Assembly: GCA_963711835.1 (NCBI GenBank)
Contig: CAVQFQ010000022.1
Location: forward strand, 1 to 64,000
Source of the DNA: an uncultured delta proteobacterium
Lineage (GTDB): Bacteria; Desulfobacterota; RBG-13-43-22
Direction: 5' to 3'
DNA length: 64,000 nucleotides
Shown here one piece after another: positions 48,245-58,845 of the stretch. The position numbers and the translations under genes were made by a program. Numbering within the stretch: the stretch's first letter is position 1; every line of letters starts with the position of its first letter. The notes under the pieces are model-generated. The model was not told where the DNA came from, ran no database searches, and was given only the letters and a program-made list of their open reading frames with translations.

Positions 48245-48843
48245 ATGGCTATCCAAAAACGGGAAAAAATAATGATCGTCATCGCCGCGGCGGTGGTTCT
48301 CTATTTTGCGGTGGATTTTCTCCTTTTATCTCCCATGCAAAAAGAGATCAAAAGAAGCCGAAACATCTCAATGAGTTGGAAGAAAGACTGTCTTCCATGG
48401 CCACCAGCCTGGTTTCCGGCAAGCAGATTAAGGAAGATATTGTTGAAAAGGAAAGATTTCTGCAAGCCGCCCAAGGCCGGATGGCCGGGCAGGAACAGGT
48501 TCGTTATTTCCTTAATCAGTTGGCCCTGGAATCCAGGCGTTTGAAAATTGAAATTCTTTTTCTCCGCATCGGTCCCGGAATACCTATTATGGATCATAGA
48601 AAAGGAAAGGGAGAGGCGGCTGAAGAAAAAAAAGAAGGTTCCCGAACCTTTAACAAGGTTTCCATAGATGTTGCCCTCCTGGGCACCTATTCGGCCGTGA
48701 AGGAATATTTACGGAGCCTGGAAGCACTTCCCCTTTTTATGGAAATGGAGCAGGTAAACATCGCTGTTCAAAAGGAAGGGAGTCCTTTGGTGCAAATGAA
48801 CATTAGGCCTGGATTTTTAGTTCGCGATGGAGAAAAAACCTGA
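48245..48843 (+). CDS. PilO/MshJ-like protein, -1 frameshift near 48360
   Basis: REKIMI + TM in one frame; GTYSAVKEYLRSLEALP in the next. Confidence 0.78.
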
Positions 48844-48853
48844 GCCCGGTTCT

Positions 48854-49355
48854 ATGAAGCTATTTAAGGGCGTTCTTATCATTGGTCTGCTAATAGCCAG
48901 TGCTCCTTGGTTGGGATAGTTTTGCTCAGTCCTCTCCGGATCAAGAAAGGCGGCCGGTCCGGAGCCAAGGCCCAATAGGGACCGCTCCGAGTCCTTCTCT
49001 GAGCGGCGCTGAAAGAAACCCCTTTGCTTATCCGCCCAAGGTAGCCCAGACCCTCATCCTCCAAAGGAGAGCGGCCGAAAAGGGAATACCGCCGGGAAGC
49101 CCGGATGGATCGTCTCAACCGGTGGTAGCTTTCACCCTGAACGGAATCCTCTGGACTGAAAAAGGGGGAGTGGCTTCCATCAACCAAAAAATCTTTAGAG
49201 AAGGAGAATCCCTGGAGGGCTATAAAATTATTAAAATAGAACGCCAGAAGGTAATCCTGAAAAAAGAGGGGGAAGAAATAAGGCTTCATTTGGCTCAGAG
49301 TCCTCTGGAAGTAAAAACCCACGACCCGCAACCCCTATCCAAGAATAAAAGGTAA
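48854..49355 (+). CDS. PilP/MshK-like protein, +1 frameshift near 48895
   Basis: RNPF, LNGILW...ASINQKIFREGE; signal peptide starts at out-of-frame ATG 48854. Confidence 0.72.
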
Positions 49356-49362
49356 GAGGGAT

Positions 49363-50980
49363 ATGACTATGGAAAAAAGGATAATTTCCTGCACAATGAC
49401 CGTAATACTGGTGGGGCTTCTCGGCTTGGCCGGATGTGTCAAGAGTAAAGTGGCCAGATTTCCGGAACCCAGCCCGGTGGCCAAGCCGGTTCTTCCGCCG
49501 GAAACGCGCTCCTCGCTTCCCTCGGAACTCCCCCTTACCCAGGTTGCCCCCAAACCATCTGAAATCAAAGAATCTTTCACTAAGGAGCGTCTTTATTCCC
49601 TATCCTATCGAGAGGCGGAGGTTCGGGATGTGCTTCTGGCTTTTTCAAAGGAAAGTGATTTAAATATTATTTTTGACCCTGATGTCATGGGCAAGGTAAC
49701 CGTGGACCTCAAGAAAGTCACTTTATCCCGGGCCTTGGATTCCCTGTTGCGCCCTTTGAATATTGATTATAAGCGTGAAGGGCGCTTCATTTATGTATTT
49801 AAACCCAAAATAGAAACCCGGATCTACGGCCTCAATTATTTGACGGTTGTTCGAAAGGGTGAATCCGCCGTTTCAGGGACCGGAGGGTCTACCGGTTCGA
49901 CTACGACCGTTTCCGGCGGCACCTCATCTTCTCAGGGCGGAGCGGCGGTTTTGAGCCGGGTGGAATCCAAAGATACGGCCGACCTCTGGATCGATATCGA
50001 AGGGAAGGATGAAAAAGGCGGGATCCGTCCTTTGCTATCGAAAGAAGGAAGGATGGCCGTTAACAAGCTCTCCTCTTCACTTATTGTTACCGATTACCCG
50101 GATAATCAGCGAAGTATCGAGAAGTTTCTGCAGCGGATCGAGCGGGTCATCCATCGCCAGGTTTTGATCGAAGCCAAAGTCCTGGAGGTAAGTCTGAATG
50201 ATCAGTTCCAGTTAGGGGTGGATTGGCGTTTTTTACCCCAAATGACGAACATGGGTTTTGGTTGGACAGGCCGTCAGGGCCTCTCCGGCACTGCCGGGAC
50301 CATTCCATCCGTTTGGAGTATGCCCGGAGCCACTAGCGGATTACAATTGGGTCTTACGACCCTGACCTTCGACAGTATGATCGATGCCTTGTCGCAGCAG
50401 GGCAGGGTGGATATCGTTGCCACACCCCGGGTCTCGACTCTAAACAATCAAAAAGCCATCATGAAGGCGGCGACAGAAGATGTTTACTTTGAAGTCAATA
50501 TCACCACCAGCGCCACGGGAAATATCATTACCGCCAATCCCCGTTATATCACGATCGGCGTGGTCCTGGATGTCACCCCCCAGATTGACGGTGACGGCAA
50601 CATCATCATGGATATCCAACCCACGGTAACGGAGGAGTTGGGGCGCCGGGCCTTTGATATTTCTCAAGGGGTTAAGCAGGAGGCGCCGATTGTAGCGGTC
50701 AGGCAGGCTCAAACCGTAGCCCGGGTCCGGGACGGCCAAACCATTGTCATTGCCGGTCTAATCCGGGAGAGGAAAAAAGGCTGCCCAAACCGGTGTCCCA
50801 GGTCTGATGGAGATTCCCCTCCTGGGTTGGATATTCCGAAATACCCAGGAAACCAAAGAAAAATCCGAGTTGGTCATTTTAATTACTCCCAAAATTCTCA
50901 ACGAAAGGGAGATCGTCGATTTTGTCCAGGATGATTTAAAACGAGCCCGGGGGGTTCAAAACGAAAAAAAGCTTGATTAG
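49363..50980 (+). CDS. Secretin (MshL/PilQ-like lipoprotein), +1 frameshift in an A-run near 50775
   Basis: LAGC lipobox, QVLIEAKVLEV, GVDW; after the shift GVPGLMEIPLLGWIFR..KSELVILITPKI to TAG 50980. Confidence 0.9.
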
Positions 50981-50989
50981 ATCCGGCTG

Positions 50990-51949
50990 ATGGTTACCGA
51001 CCCTATTTACCATATTTTTTTCGGATTAACAGAAAAACCGTTCAATTTGACGCCGGATCCCAAGTTTTTATTTCTGACCGATAAACACCAGGAGGCCCTG
51101 GATCACCTGATTTTTGGATTAGAGCAAAAATCAGGCTTTATCCTGCTCTGGGGAGAAGTCGGTGCCGGAAAAACTACGGTCTGCCGGACCTTGCTGGAAA
51201 AACTGGATGATCGTTATATTACCGCCCTGATCCTGCATCCTTTTCTGGCCGAAGAAAATCTCCTGGCCACTATTCTCAAAGACTTGAATCAGACTCCCGG
51301 CGGCGCCACTAAAAGAGAACTGTTGGAGGAATTAAACCAGTTCATTTTGGCCCGGAGGCTGGAAGGGAAAACAATCGTCTTGCTCTTCGACGAGTCTCAA
51401 AATTTAAGCCCCGAGGCCCTGGAACAGATACGCATCCTGTCCAATCTGGAAACGGACAAGGACAAACTCCTGCAAATCATCCTGATCGGGCAGAAAGAAT
51501 TAGAGAACAAGCTTAATCGTCCTGAGCTTAGACAGCTTAACCAGCGCATCGGGGTCCGATATTATCTCCCTCCATTAAACAAGCAGGAAACCGGACGCTA
51601 CCTTAGCCACCGTCTGTCTGTCGCCGGAAACGACGGCTCGATCCGCTTTTCCCCCAGAGCTGTGGACGAAATCTATACCTATTCCAAAGGGATTCCGCGA
51701 CTGATTAACTTGGCGGCCGACCGGGCTTTGATAGCCGGGTTTACCCGAGAGACCAGGGCTGTCAACCGATCCTTAGCCCGAATGGGTATCCGAAGTCTGG
51801 ACTCCCGGGATTCTGTCGGCGGTTTCCATCGCTTCTGGAAACCCATTAACCTCTTGACCCTTTTCATTATTTTTGCCTTCATGTTCGGGAGTATCGTTCT
51901 TTTTTGGCTGGGAATTCAATTTGCGAAACGGGGAACCCCAAACCTATAA
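50990..51949 (+). CDS. ExeA/MshM family AAA ATPase
   Basis: FGLTEKPFNLTPDP, GEVGAGKTT, FDESQNL, LRQLNQRI, GIPRLIN. Confidence 0.92.
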   Translation: MVTDPIYHIFFGLTEKPFNLTPDPKFLFLTDKHQEALDHLIFGLEQKSGFILLWGEVGAGKTTVCRTLLEKLDDRYITALILHPFLAEENLLATILKDLNQTPGGATKRELLEELNQFILARRLEGKTIVLLFDESQNLSPEALEQIRILSNLETDKDKLLQIILIGQKELENKLNRPELRQLNQRIGVRYYLPPLNKQETGRYLSHRLSVAGNDGSIRFSPRAVDEIYTYSKGIPRLINLAADRALIAGFTRETRAVNRSLARMGIRSLDSRDSVGGFHRFWKPINLLTLFIIFAFMFGSIVLFWLGIQFAKRGTPNL

Positions 51950-51991
51950 AATAACCCTGGCAATTCCTGCCGCTTCAACACGGGAGTGATT

Positions 51992-53240
51992 ATGAGCCTT
52001 ATTAGAGATTCCTTGAAAAAAGTTCAGGAAAAGGAAGGGCAGGGGGGTTCTTCTGCCGAGGCCCCTTCAGCCGAAGTTCAGGGAAAACCGCCCCGGAAAT
52101 ATTCTCCCTCCATCATTATCCTGGTCCTGATAGGCCTGGCGCTGGTGGGATTGACCTATTTCATGTTGGTCCGTCCCGGACCGATCCCTATAAAAAAACC
52201 GCAAAGCCCGGTGATGGATTCGCCGTTAATTGCCCAAGCCCCGGCCAAGCCCACCAGCTCCCGCTACCCCGGCGAATCAGGCCGCCGGCCCGGCCATTTC
52301 AGCTCCGGCCTCCCCTTTACCAGAGCTAAAAGAACCCCGGGCAACAGGATCCCCTTCATCCGGCCGCCCCGGGGCAGCCCCGCTCAAATCAATGGCTTCT
52401 CTGGAGCAGAGCCAGGATGGATCGGCTGTAAAGAAACAACGGCAGGAAACTCTTCCGGGAATTAAGCGGGATCCTTCCGGGACAGGACTGAAGTCAAGTA
52501 AAGCCCCCCTTATGGAGGAAGAAATCCTGACAGCCAAGGAGGAGGCCTCCAATAAACCGGCCAAACAAGCCCTTTCCAAGGAAATGAAAAAGGCCCGGCC
52601 GAAAGAAAAGGGCCCGGCCGTGGTCCCTCAAGAAGCGATAATATCCTATGATTCCAATTTATATGCCGCCTACTCCAAGGCCTATGCCCACCAGCAAGCC
52701 GGGCGCCTGGACCAGGCTATGGAGCTCTACCGGGACATACTTCATGAGGACCCCAATAATCCCTATGTCTTGAATAATCTCGCACTCCTTCATCAACAGC
52801 GCGGTGAAATTAAACAAGCCATTCCTCTTTACGAAAGAGCTTACGAGGCCGATCCTAAATTTACCCAGCCGATTAACAACCTGGCCGTTATCTTTTATCG
52901 GTTAGGCGAATACGACCAATCCCAGCGGTGGTTGGAAAGAAGTCTCCAGGTCCGGCCGGATAGTTCCGGGGTCTTGTTGAACCTGGCTTTGATTTATAAG
53001 AAGAAAGGACGCAAAGAAGAAGCCCGCCAGCTTCTTAAAAAAGCCCTGTCTTCGGATCCGCAGCACCCCGAACTATATTACAATCTGGCTCGTCTGGAAG
53101 AGGAATCCGGAAATTTAGCCGAGGCCTTGAAAAATTATCAGCTCTTTATCCGCAGTCGGAACGATCCCCAGGACAAACTTTCGCAAGAGGTTTCCAGGTA
53201 TATAGAAAAGTGGCCGGGTTTTCCGGTACCAACCAAGTGA
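51992..53240 (+). CDS. MshN-like TPR protein, +1 frameshift near 52250
   Basis: MSLIRDSLKK + TM + Pro-rich linker, continuing into the TPR repeats of the 52230 ORF. Confidence 0.78.
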
Positions 53241-53315
53241 ACCTCGAGTTGGAGTAATCCCATTTTTTAAAAAAATGATAAGGAGTAGCGGCCTGGTGAG
53301 CATAAATTTAATTTT

Positions 53316-53343
53316 AGTTTACATAATATATCTTATCAGACAT
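53316..53343 (-). other. dif site (XerC/XerD recombination site)
   Basis: ATGTCTGATAA-GATATA-TTATGTAAACT: 11-6-11 layout, XerD arm 9/11 identical to E. coli TTATGTTAAAT; intergenic between convergent genes. Confidence 0.85.
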
Positions 53344-53404
53344 ATGGATGATATCCAAAAATGTTGAGGGTTCAAGGGAATTCTCGACACCTTGATCCTT
53401 CCTC

Positions 53405-54091
53405 TCAACTAACCTGAAAAGTATTATCGAGAAAACGAGTTAAACTCTCCAGATCTAAAAAAACCCGATGGGCCTGGGATAATTTTTCTTCAGGCAGGGT
53501 TGAAGCAATGGCAAAACAGGTCAGGCCGGCGGAAAGGGCGGATTGAATTCCGGCCGGGGCGTTTTCAATGACCAGGGTATCAAAAGAGTTCTGACCGGTT
53601 TCCTCCAAGGCTTGTAAATAGGGGTCCGGAAAGGGTTTGAAACGACGGGCCTTATCCGCCGATACAATGGACTTAAAAACCCCCAGGGCCTCTTCACCCC
53701 ATATTTTTGTAACCAAATTCATTCTGGAGCTGGTTACCAGGCCCAGGATTATCCCTGCTCGGGTCAATTTTTCCAATAAGGAATAGGTTCCCGGGAAAAA
53801 TTCTACCCGAGCCAGGTAGTTTTTCTCAAAAAGCCGGTTTTGTTTTTTGTAGACCTCTTCAATTTGGCCGTCCGTGATTGTTTGGCCGCAGGTAGTAAAA
53901 AGGTTTTTTATGATCTCCTGATCCATGGCCCCTTCATGTTCATAAATAAATTCATCTGATACAACTATATTAAATGTTTCAAGTAGTTCTTTCCATGACC
54001 TCATGTGAAACTTCATACTGTCAACCAAAACTCCATCCATATCAAATAAAATTGTTTTCCAATTTTTTTCCCTTGAGATTTTTGAGTTCAT
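53405..54091 (-). CDS. HAD family phosphatase (beta-phosphoglucomutase-like)
   Basis: FDMDGVLVDS, VTSS, KPFPDPY, IENAPAGI. Confidence 0.9.
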   Translation of the reverse strand: MNSKISREKNWKTILFDMDGVLVDSMKFHMRSWKELLETFNIVVSDEFIYEHEGAMDQEIIKNLFTTCGQTITDGQIEEVYKKQNRLFEKNYLARVEFFPGTYSLLEKLTRAGIILGLVTSSRMNLVTKIWGEEALGVFKSIVSADKARRFKPFPDPYLQALEETGQNSFDTLVIENAPAGIQSALSAGLTCFAIASTLPEEKLSQAHRVFLDLESLTRFLDNTFQVS

Positions 54092-54288
54092 AGTCCTGGT
54101 TATAAAAGAACCGCCTTTCTTTTTCAAGTTTAAACGATAATGGTTTGACACCCTACCCTCTTTCAGATAAAAAAATAGGTAGCGTCCATCCGGAAGCAGT
54201 CAGCGATCAGCCAGCCAATAGGCGGAAGCGGTCCGCTGCGGCGGACAGAATTATTTAAATAAGGATAGGCTCATTAAAGGAAAATAAG

Positions 54289-55782
54289 ATGGAACTGGAT
54301 CGGTTTCCGAAGCGGATTCAACCGTACATATTGCCTAAAGCCGATGGGGTCATGGAATACCGTTGCCTGGCTTGCGGCACCCCCCACCCCATTGATAGCC
54401 TTCTCTATACCTGCCCGGACTGCGGCGGTGTCCTGCTTATTGAGGATCTCGGGGAAGGGCAACGCTCCCGGCGTTCGGGAAACCTTTGGCGGGAAATTTT
54501 CGATTACCGCCGCATGAGCACCCTGCCCTCTCTTAAGGGAATTTTTTGTTTCCATGAATTTATTGCGCCGATCATTCCCCTTGACGACATTCTTTACCTG
54601 GGCGAAGGCCATACCCCGTTGATTGAGGCCAATCGCAGGCTTCGAAAAGAGATCGGTCTGCCTTTTTTCTTTAAAAATGAAGGCCAGAACCCAAGCGCTT
54701 CTTTCAAGGATCGCGGGATGGCCTGTGCTCTGAGTTTCCTGCAATTCTTGATTCGGAAAAAAAAGTTGCCGGGGGTCCTCTCTGTTTGCGCCTCTACCGG
54801 AGATACCTCAGCCTCGGCTGCCCTCTATGCTTCTTATCTGGGAGGGGTGGTCCGCTCGGCCGTCCTGCTCCCCAAGGGAAAAGTCACCCCGCAACAGCTT
54901 TCCCAACCCCTGGGCAGCGGGGCAACGGTTCTGGAGATTCCGGGGGTTTTTGATGACTGCATGAAAGTGGTCGAATACCTCTCCGACCATTATCCGGTGG
55001 CCCTGCTTAATTCCAAGAACGCCTGGCGCATCTTAGGCCAGGAATCCTTTTCCTTTGAAATAGCCCAGGCCCTGGATTACGATCTGGATGATACCGCGAT
55101 CATGGTTCCCATAGGCAATGCCGGAAATATCACCGCCATTATGGCCGGGTTTTTAAAGCTCTATCGTTATCGGCTGATTTCGACCCTCCCCAAGATCATC
55201 GGGGTGCAATCCAGGCACGCCAACCCTGTTTACCGTTATTACTTGGAACCCCGTCCGGAAAAACGGGTTTTTAGGCCGGTAGCGGTGAAACCCAGCGTGG
55301 CCCAGGCGGCTATGATCGGGAATCCGGTTTCCATGCCCCGGGTCATCGAGCTGGTCAAGCGCTATAATCACATTAATGACCGGCAAAAAATATTCGTCGT
55401 TGAGGTGACCGAACAGGCGATCATGGATCATATGCTTTTGGCCAACCGTAACGGCCACATCGCCTGTACTCAGGGCGGCGAAAGCCTGGCCGGATTGGTT
55501 AAAGCCCTTTCAGAGAAGAAGATCAGGCCGAAGGAAAGGGCGCTCCTGGATGCCACGGCCCATTCCCTAAAATTTGCCGGTTTCCAGGATATGTACTTTG
55601 GCAATACCTTCCCGCTTGGTTATGGTATCCGGCCTAAAAAGAAATTACAAAACCATCCCGTTTCCATAGCGGGGAGCAGAGGAGACAAAGTCCCCTCAGG
55701 AAAACCGGTTCCGTCTCCCAAAAACTACCAGGCTTTCATTGAAAGAACAGCTCAAAAGGTCGCCGAGATCCTGGGTATGTAG
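54289..55782 (+). CDS. thrC: Threonine synthase
   Basis: GEGHTPL, NPSASFKDRGM, CASTGDTSAS, VPIGNAGN; N-terminal CxxC/CPxC. Confidence 0.93.
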   Translation: MELDRFPKRIQPYILPKADGVMEYRCLACGTPHPIDSLLYTCPDCGGVLLIEDLGEGQRSRRSGNLWREIFDYRRMSTLPSLKGIFCFHEFIAPIIPLDDILYLGEGHTPLIEANRRLRKEIGLPFFFKNEGQNPSASFKDRGMACALSFLQFLIRKKKLPGVLSVCASTGDTSASAALYASYLGGVVRSAVLLPKGKVTPQQLSQPLGSGATVLEIPGVFDDCMKVVEYLSDHYPVALLNSKNAWRILGQESFSFEIAQALDYDLDDTAIMVPIGNAGNITAIMAGFLKLYRYRLISTLPKIIGVQSRHANPVYRYYLEPRPEKRVFRPVAVKPSVAQAAMIGNPVSMPRVIELVKRYNHINDRQKIFVVEVTEQAIMDHMLLANRNGHIACTQGGESLAGLVKALSEKKIRPKERALLDATAHSLKFAGFQDMYFGNTFPLGYGIRPKKKLQNHPVSIAGSRGDKVPSGKPVPSPKNYQAFIERTAQKVAEILGM

Positions 55783-55860
55783 CCTTCAAGGAAACGGGCT
55801 GTCTGTTATTGCGGAACCTCTTTTCTTAAAGGAAAAGAATACATTTTTATAAAAATAAAT

Positions 55861-56334
55861 ATGATTAAATTACAATTAATTATAGTAGGAAAACTAAAGG
55901 AAAACTTTATTATTTCAGGGGTGCAGGAATACTTGAAGCGCATCAATCGCTACGCCGAACTTACGATAGTACCTGTCAAGGAGGAGCGGATAACCAAAGG
56001 GGTCGCTGAAGCCCGGATAAAAGAAAAGGAAGGGGAAAGGATTCTTAAAAAAATTCCTGAAAACGGATTTTGGGTAGCCCTGGATCGCATGGGCCGGGAA
56101 CTGGATTCCCGGCAGCATTTTGATTTTTTAAAGGGCCACCAGGAAAAAGGGACTAAAAAAATGGCCTACATTATTGGAGGTCCCTTAGGTCTTTCAGGGG
56201 AAGTCCTGACTCGAGCCCCTATGGTTTTATCCCTCTCCCGCATGACCCTGAACCACGAAATGAGCTCCCTGGTCCTGTTGGAACAGTTATACCGATATCT
56301 GAATTTCGCCGCCGGTGAAAAATATCATAAATAA
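55861..56334 (+). CDS. rlmH: 23S rRNA pseudouridine1915 N3-methyltransferase
   Basis: VGKLKE, IGGPLGL, SLSRMTLNH, EQLYR, YHK terminus. Confidence 0.95.
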   Translation: MIKLQLIIVGKLKENFIISGVQEYLKRINRYAELTIVPVKEERITKGVAEARIKEKEGERILKKIPENGFWVALDRMGRELDSRQHFDFLKGHQEKGTKKMAYIIGGPLGLSGEVLTRAPMVLSLSRMTLNHEMSSLVLLEQLYRYLNFAAGEKYHK

Positions 56335-56380
56335 TAAGATTAGATTTTTAATGGTACACTTAGATTTTACTGTCTAATTA

Positions 56381-56605
56381 TTAAACAGATTCAACGCTGA
56401 CCACCTCGGGCAGCTGTTGTTTAAGAAACTTTTCAATTCCCATTTTTAGGGTCATTTGGGACATGGGACAGCTCCCGCAGGCTCCTTTCAGACGTACTTT
56501 GACGATACCCTGCTCGGAAACCTCCACTAATTCCACATCCCCGCCGTCGGCCTGGAGTTGCGGCCTTATTTTATTTAGGACCTCTTGAATCTTTTCTTTT
56601 TCCAT
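56381..56605 (-). CDS. NifU/Nfu family Fe-S carrier
   Basis: [24 protein letters not shown]. Confidence 0.95.
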   Translation of the reverse strand: MEKEKIQEVLNKIRPQLQADGGDVELVEVSEQGIVKVRLKGACGSCPMSQMTLKMGIEKFLKQQLPEVVSVESV

Positions 56606-56731
56606 CTTCGGCCTCCACTTATTTTCCTGCTAATTAATACCCTATTAGTTGAATGCCTATCATAACCATCCTATTTAAAGATGTCCAGAACTACCTCCGA
56701 AACTTCTTGAGACCTTGTTGTTTTTAATAAA

Positions 56732-56896
56732 TCAACCCATTTCAGGCCGGCCCACGTCGCGTTTAGTCCCCTCCCGTCTGCTCTTGTCCCCGAAGAGATG
56801 GCCAGTCAGCTTGGTTATGAGCCAGGCCAGGAGTAAGCCGAACCCGATCAAGATCAGAAAGGAGAAAATTAAAAGCAGAATTAGTGAAGATCCCAT
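56732..56896 (-). CDS. 54-aa single-TM small protein (below ORF-track cutoff)
   Basis: MGSSLILLLIFSFLILIGFGLLLAWLITKLTGHLFGDKSRREGTKRDVGRPEMG; GAGGG RBS inside the end of ttcA. Confidence 0.55.
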   Translation of the reverse strand: MGSSLILLLIFSFLILIGFGLLLAWLITKLTGHLFGDKSRREGTKRDVGRPEMG

Positions 56897-57672
56897 TTTT
56901 TCCCTCGGTCACGTTTATTTTTTTCATCGAGCCCGGCAGGCAACAAGTAGTCCAATCGGACATTACTTAAGGCCCGAAAGATGTTGCCTTTAATTTTTCG
57001 GTTGCCTGCATACAGGGTCTTTAAAAGGGTTTTGACCTCCTGGCGTGAGGAACGCTGGGCACTGGGACAGGGATTGATGACTTCCGGCAGGCCCTGCCGT
57101 TCGGCAAAGGCCTTGATGGTTTTTTCCTCCAAAAGGGCCAAGGGGCGGATGACCGTCAGTTCTCCTTTAAAAAGGGGCTGTTTGGGGAGCATGGTGGCCA
57201 ATTCTCCGCTAAAAAACATATTCAGGAAGAGGGTTTCGATAATGTCATCCTTGTTGTGGCCTAAAGCGATCTTGCTGAATCCCAAGGGTTTGGACAATTC
57301 GAAAAGGCGTTTTCGCCTCAGCCAGGAGCATAAAAAACAGGGATTCTCCTTATTCTCCGGTCCATGGGCCCGGACTCCGTAGTCGGTCTTTTCAAAATAA
57401 TAGGCTACCTCCCGGGTCTCACAAAACTCTTGAATGAGGTCGGGGCGGTTTCCGGCAAAGCCCATATCGAGATGGATGGCGATCAGCTCATAGTGGATCG
57501 GAATCCGTTTTAAGCGGTCTTTGAGCAGAGATAGAAGAGAAAAACTGTCCTTGCCGCCTGAAAGAGCCACTGCGATTCGGTCCTGGTGTTCAATCAGGCC
57601 ATAACGGCTAATGGCCCTGCCCATCAAACGCTGCATCTTTTTCTCCGGCCCTGTTGGAGAGCGGGTGGTCAT
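56881..57672 (-). CDS. ttcA: tRNA 2-thiocytidine biosynthesis protein
   Basis: SGGKDS, PCFLCSWLRR, GHNKDD, IRPL. Confidence 0.85.
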   Translation of the reverse strand: MTTRSPTGPEKKMQRLMGRAISRYGLIEHQDRIAVALSGGKDSFSLLSLLKDRLKRIPIHYELIAIHLDMGFAGNRPDLIQEFCETREVAYYFEKTDYGVRAHGPENKENPCFLCSWLRRKRLFELSKPLGFSKIALGHNKDDIIETLFLNMFFSGELATMLPKQPLFKGELTVIRPLALLEEKTIKAFAERQGLPEVINPCPSAQRSSRQEVKTLLKTLYAGNRKIKGNIFRALSNVRLDYLLPAGLDEKNKRDRGKKWDLH

Positions 57673-57923
57673 GGTCTCCTATTCTTTCAGCGGGGTTGGT
57701 TGGATTCCCATTTTCATGGGATTGGCTTCAAAGAGGCCTCCATAGCTTGACCGCTTAGGATAGACTACCAAAAAAGATCAGGTCCGGCAATCCGAATGAA
57801 GGGTGATTTAATCTGCCCGTAGTCGGCCCCATCTTTTTCGAGAAGGACTTGAAATCGGGAACAAAGAGCCCTATTATTTACTATTAAGGCTGAACCGTTG
57901 CTGAAAACAAAAGGAGATGGGAT

Positions 57924-58835
57924 GTGAACCGACGAAACTTTCTGAAGGAAATGGCTCGCTATACGGCCGGCCTGACACTGATGCCGCCTCTTTTCTCTAT
58001 CCTCCCCCAAGCCCGGGGCGAAAGCCCCCCTCCCCTGCTTGCGGTTGGTGAAGGAAACGACTATGCCGCCCTGGTCTCCAAGGTCTTGGGGCCCTGGGGC
58101 GGGATGAAGGCCTTTGTGAAAAAGGGAGACCGGGTGGTGGTCAAACCGAACATAGGCTGGGACCGGACTCCGGAACAGGGTGCCAATACCCATCCGGAAA
58201 TCGTCAAAACCGTAATGAAGCTGGCCTTGGAGGCCGGTGCTTCCCAGGTTCTGGCCTTTGACCGACCCGTAAATGAGGAGCGCCGTTGTTATGTAAACAG
58301 CGGGATTAAAGCGGCGGTGGAATCCCTAAACGATCGCCGGGCCCAGTGCCTTTTTATGGATTCGCGCAAGTTCGTTCCGGTGCGTATCGCCCGGGGGAAG
58401 TCCATCTCGGAGTGGGAATTTTATAGGGATGCCTTAGAGGCCGATGCCTATATCAATCTGCCAGTGGCCAAACAGCACAGCTCCTCCGGGCTGACCTTGG
58501 GGCTAAAAAATATTATGGGTGTCATCGGAGGCTCCCGGGGGAAGATCCATTTCAACCTGGGGCAGCGGATTGCCGATCTAAACACCGTCCTCAAACCCAA
58601 ACTGACCCTGATGGATGCCACCCGGATTTTGCTCCGGAACGGTCCTCAGGGCGGAGACCTCAAGGACGTCAAGGTCCTTAACACCCTGCTGGCCTCGACC
58701 GATACGGTGGCGGTGGATGCCTATGCCACGACTTTTTTCGGTTTGAAACCCGAAGAAGTGGAATCGACCAAAGCGGCCTATCAGTTCGGTTTGGGAGAAA
58801 TGGACCTAAAGAAAATCAAGATCGTAAGGGTTTGA
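57924..58835 (+). CDS. Tat-exported DUF362 protein
   Basis: NRRNFLK Tat motif; VVVKPNIGW, ANTHP, INLPVAK.H, LKNIMG. Confidence 0.9.
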   Translation: MNRRNFLKEMARYTAGLTLMPPLFSILPQARGESPPPLLAVGEGNDYAALVSKVLGPWGGMKAFVKKGDRVVVKPNIGWDRTPEQGANTHPEIVKTVMKLALEAGASQVLAFDRPVNEERRCYVNSGIKAAVESLNDRRAQCLFMDSRKFVPVRIARGKSISEWEFYRDALEADAYINLPVAKQHSSSGLTLGLKNIMGVIGGSRGKIHFNLGQRIADLNTVLKPKLTLMDATRILLRNGPQGGDLKDVKVLNTLLASTDTVAVDAYATTFFGLKPEEVESTKAAYQFGLGEMDLKKIKIVRV

Positions 58836-58845
58836 TATTCAACCC

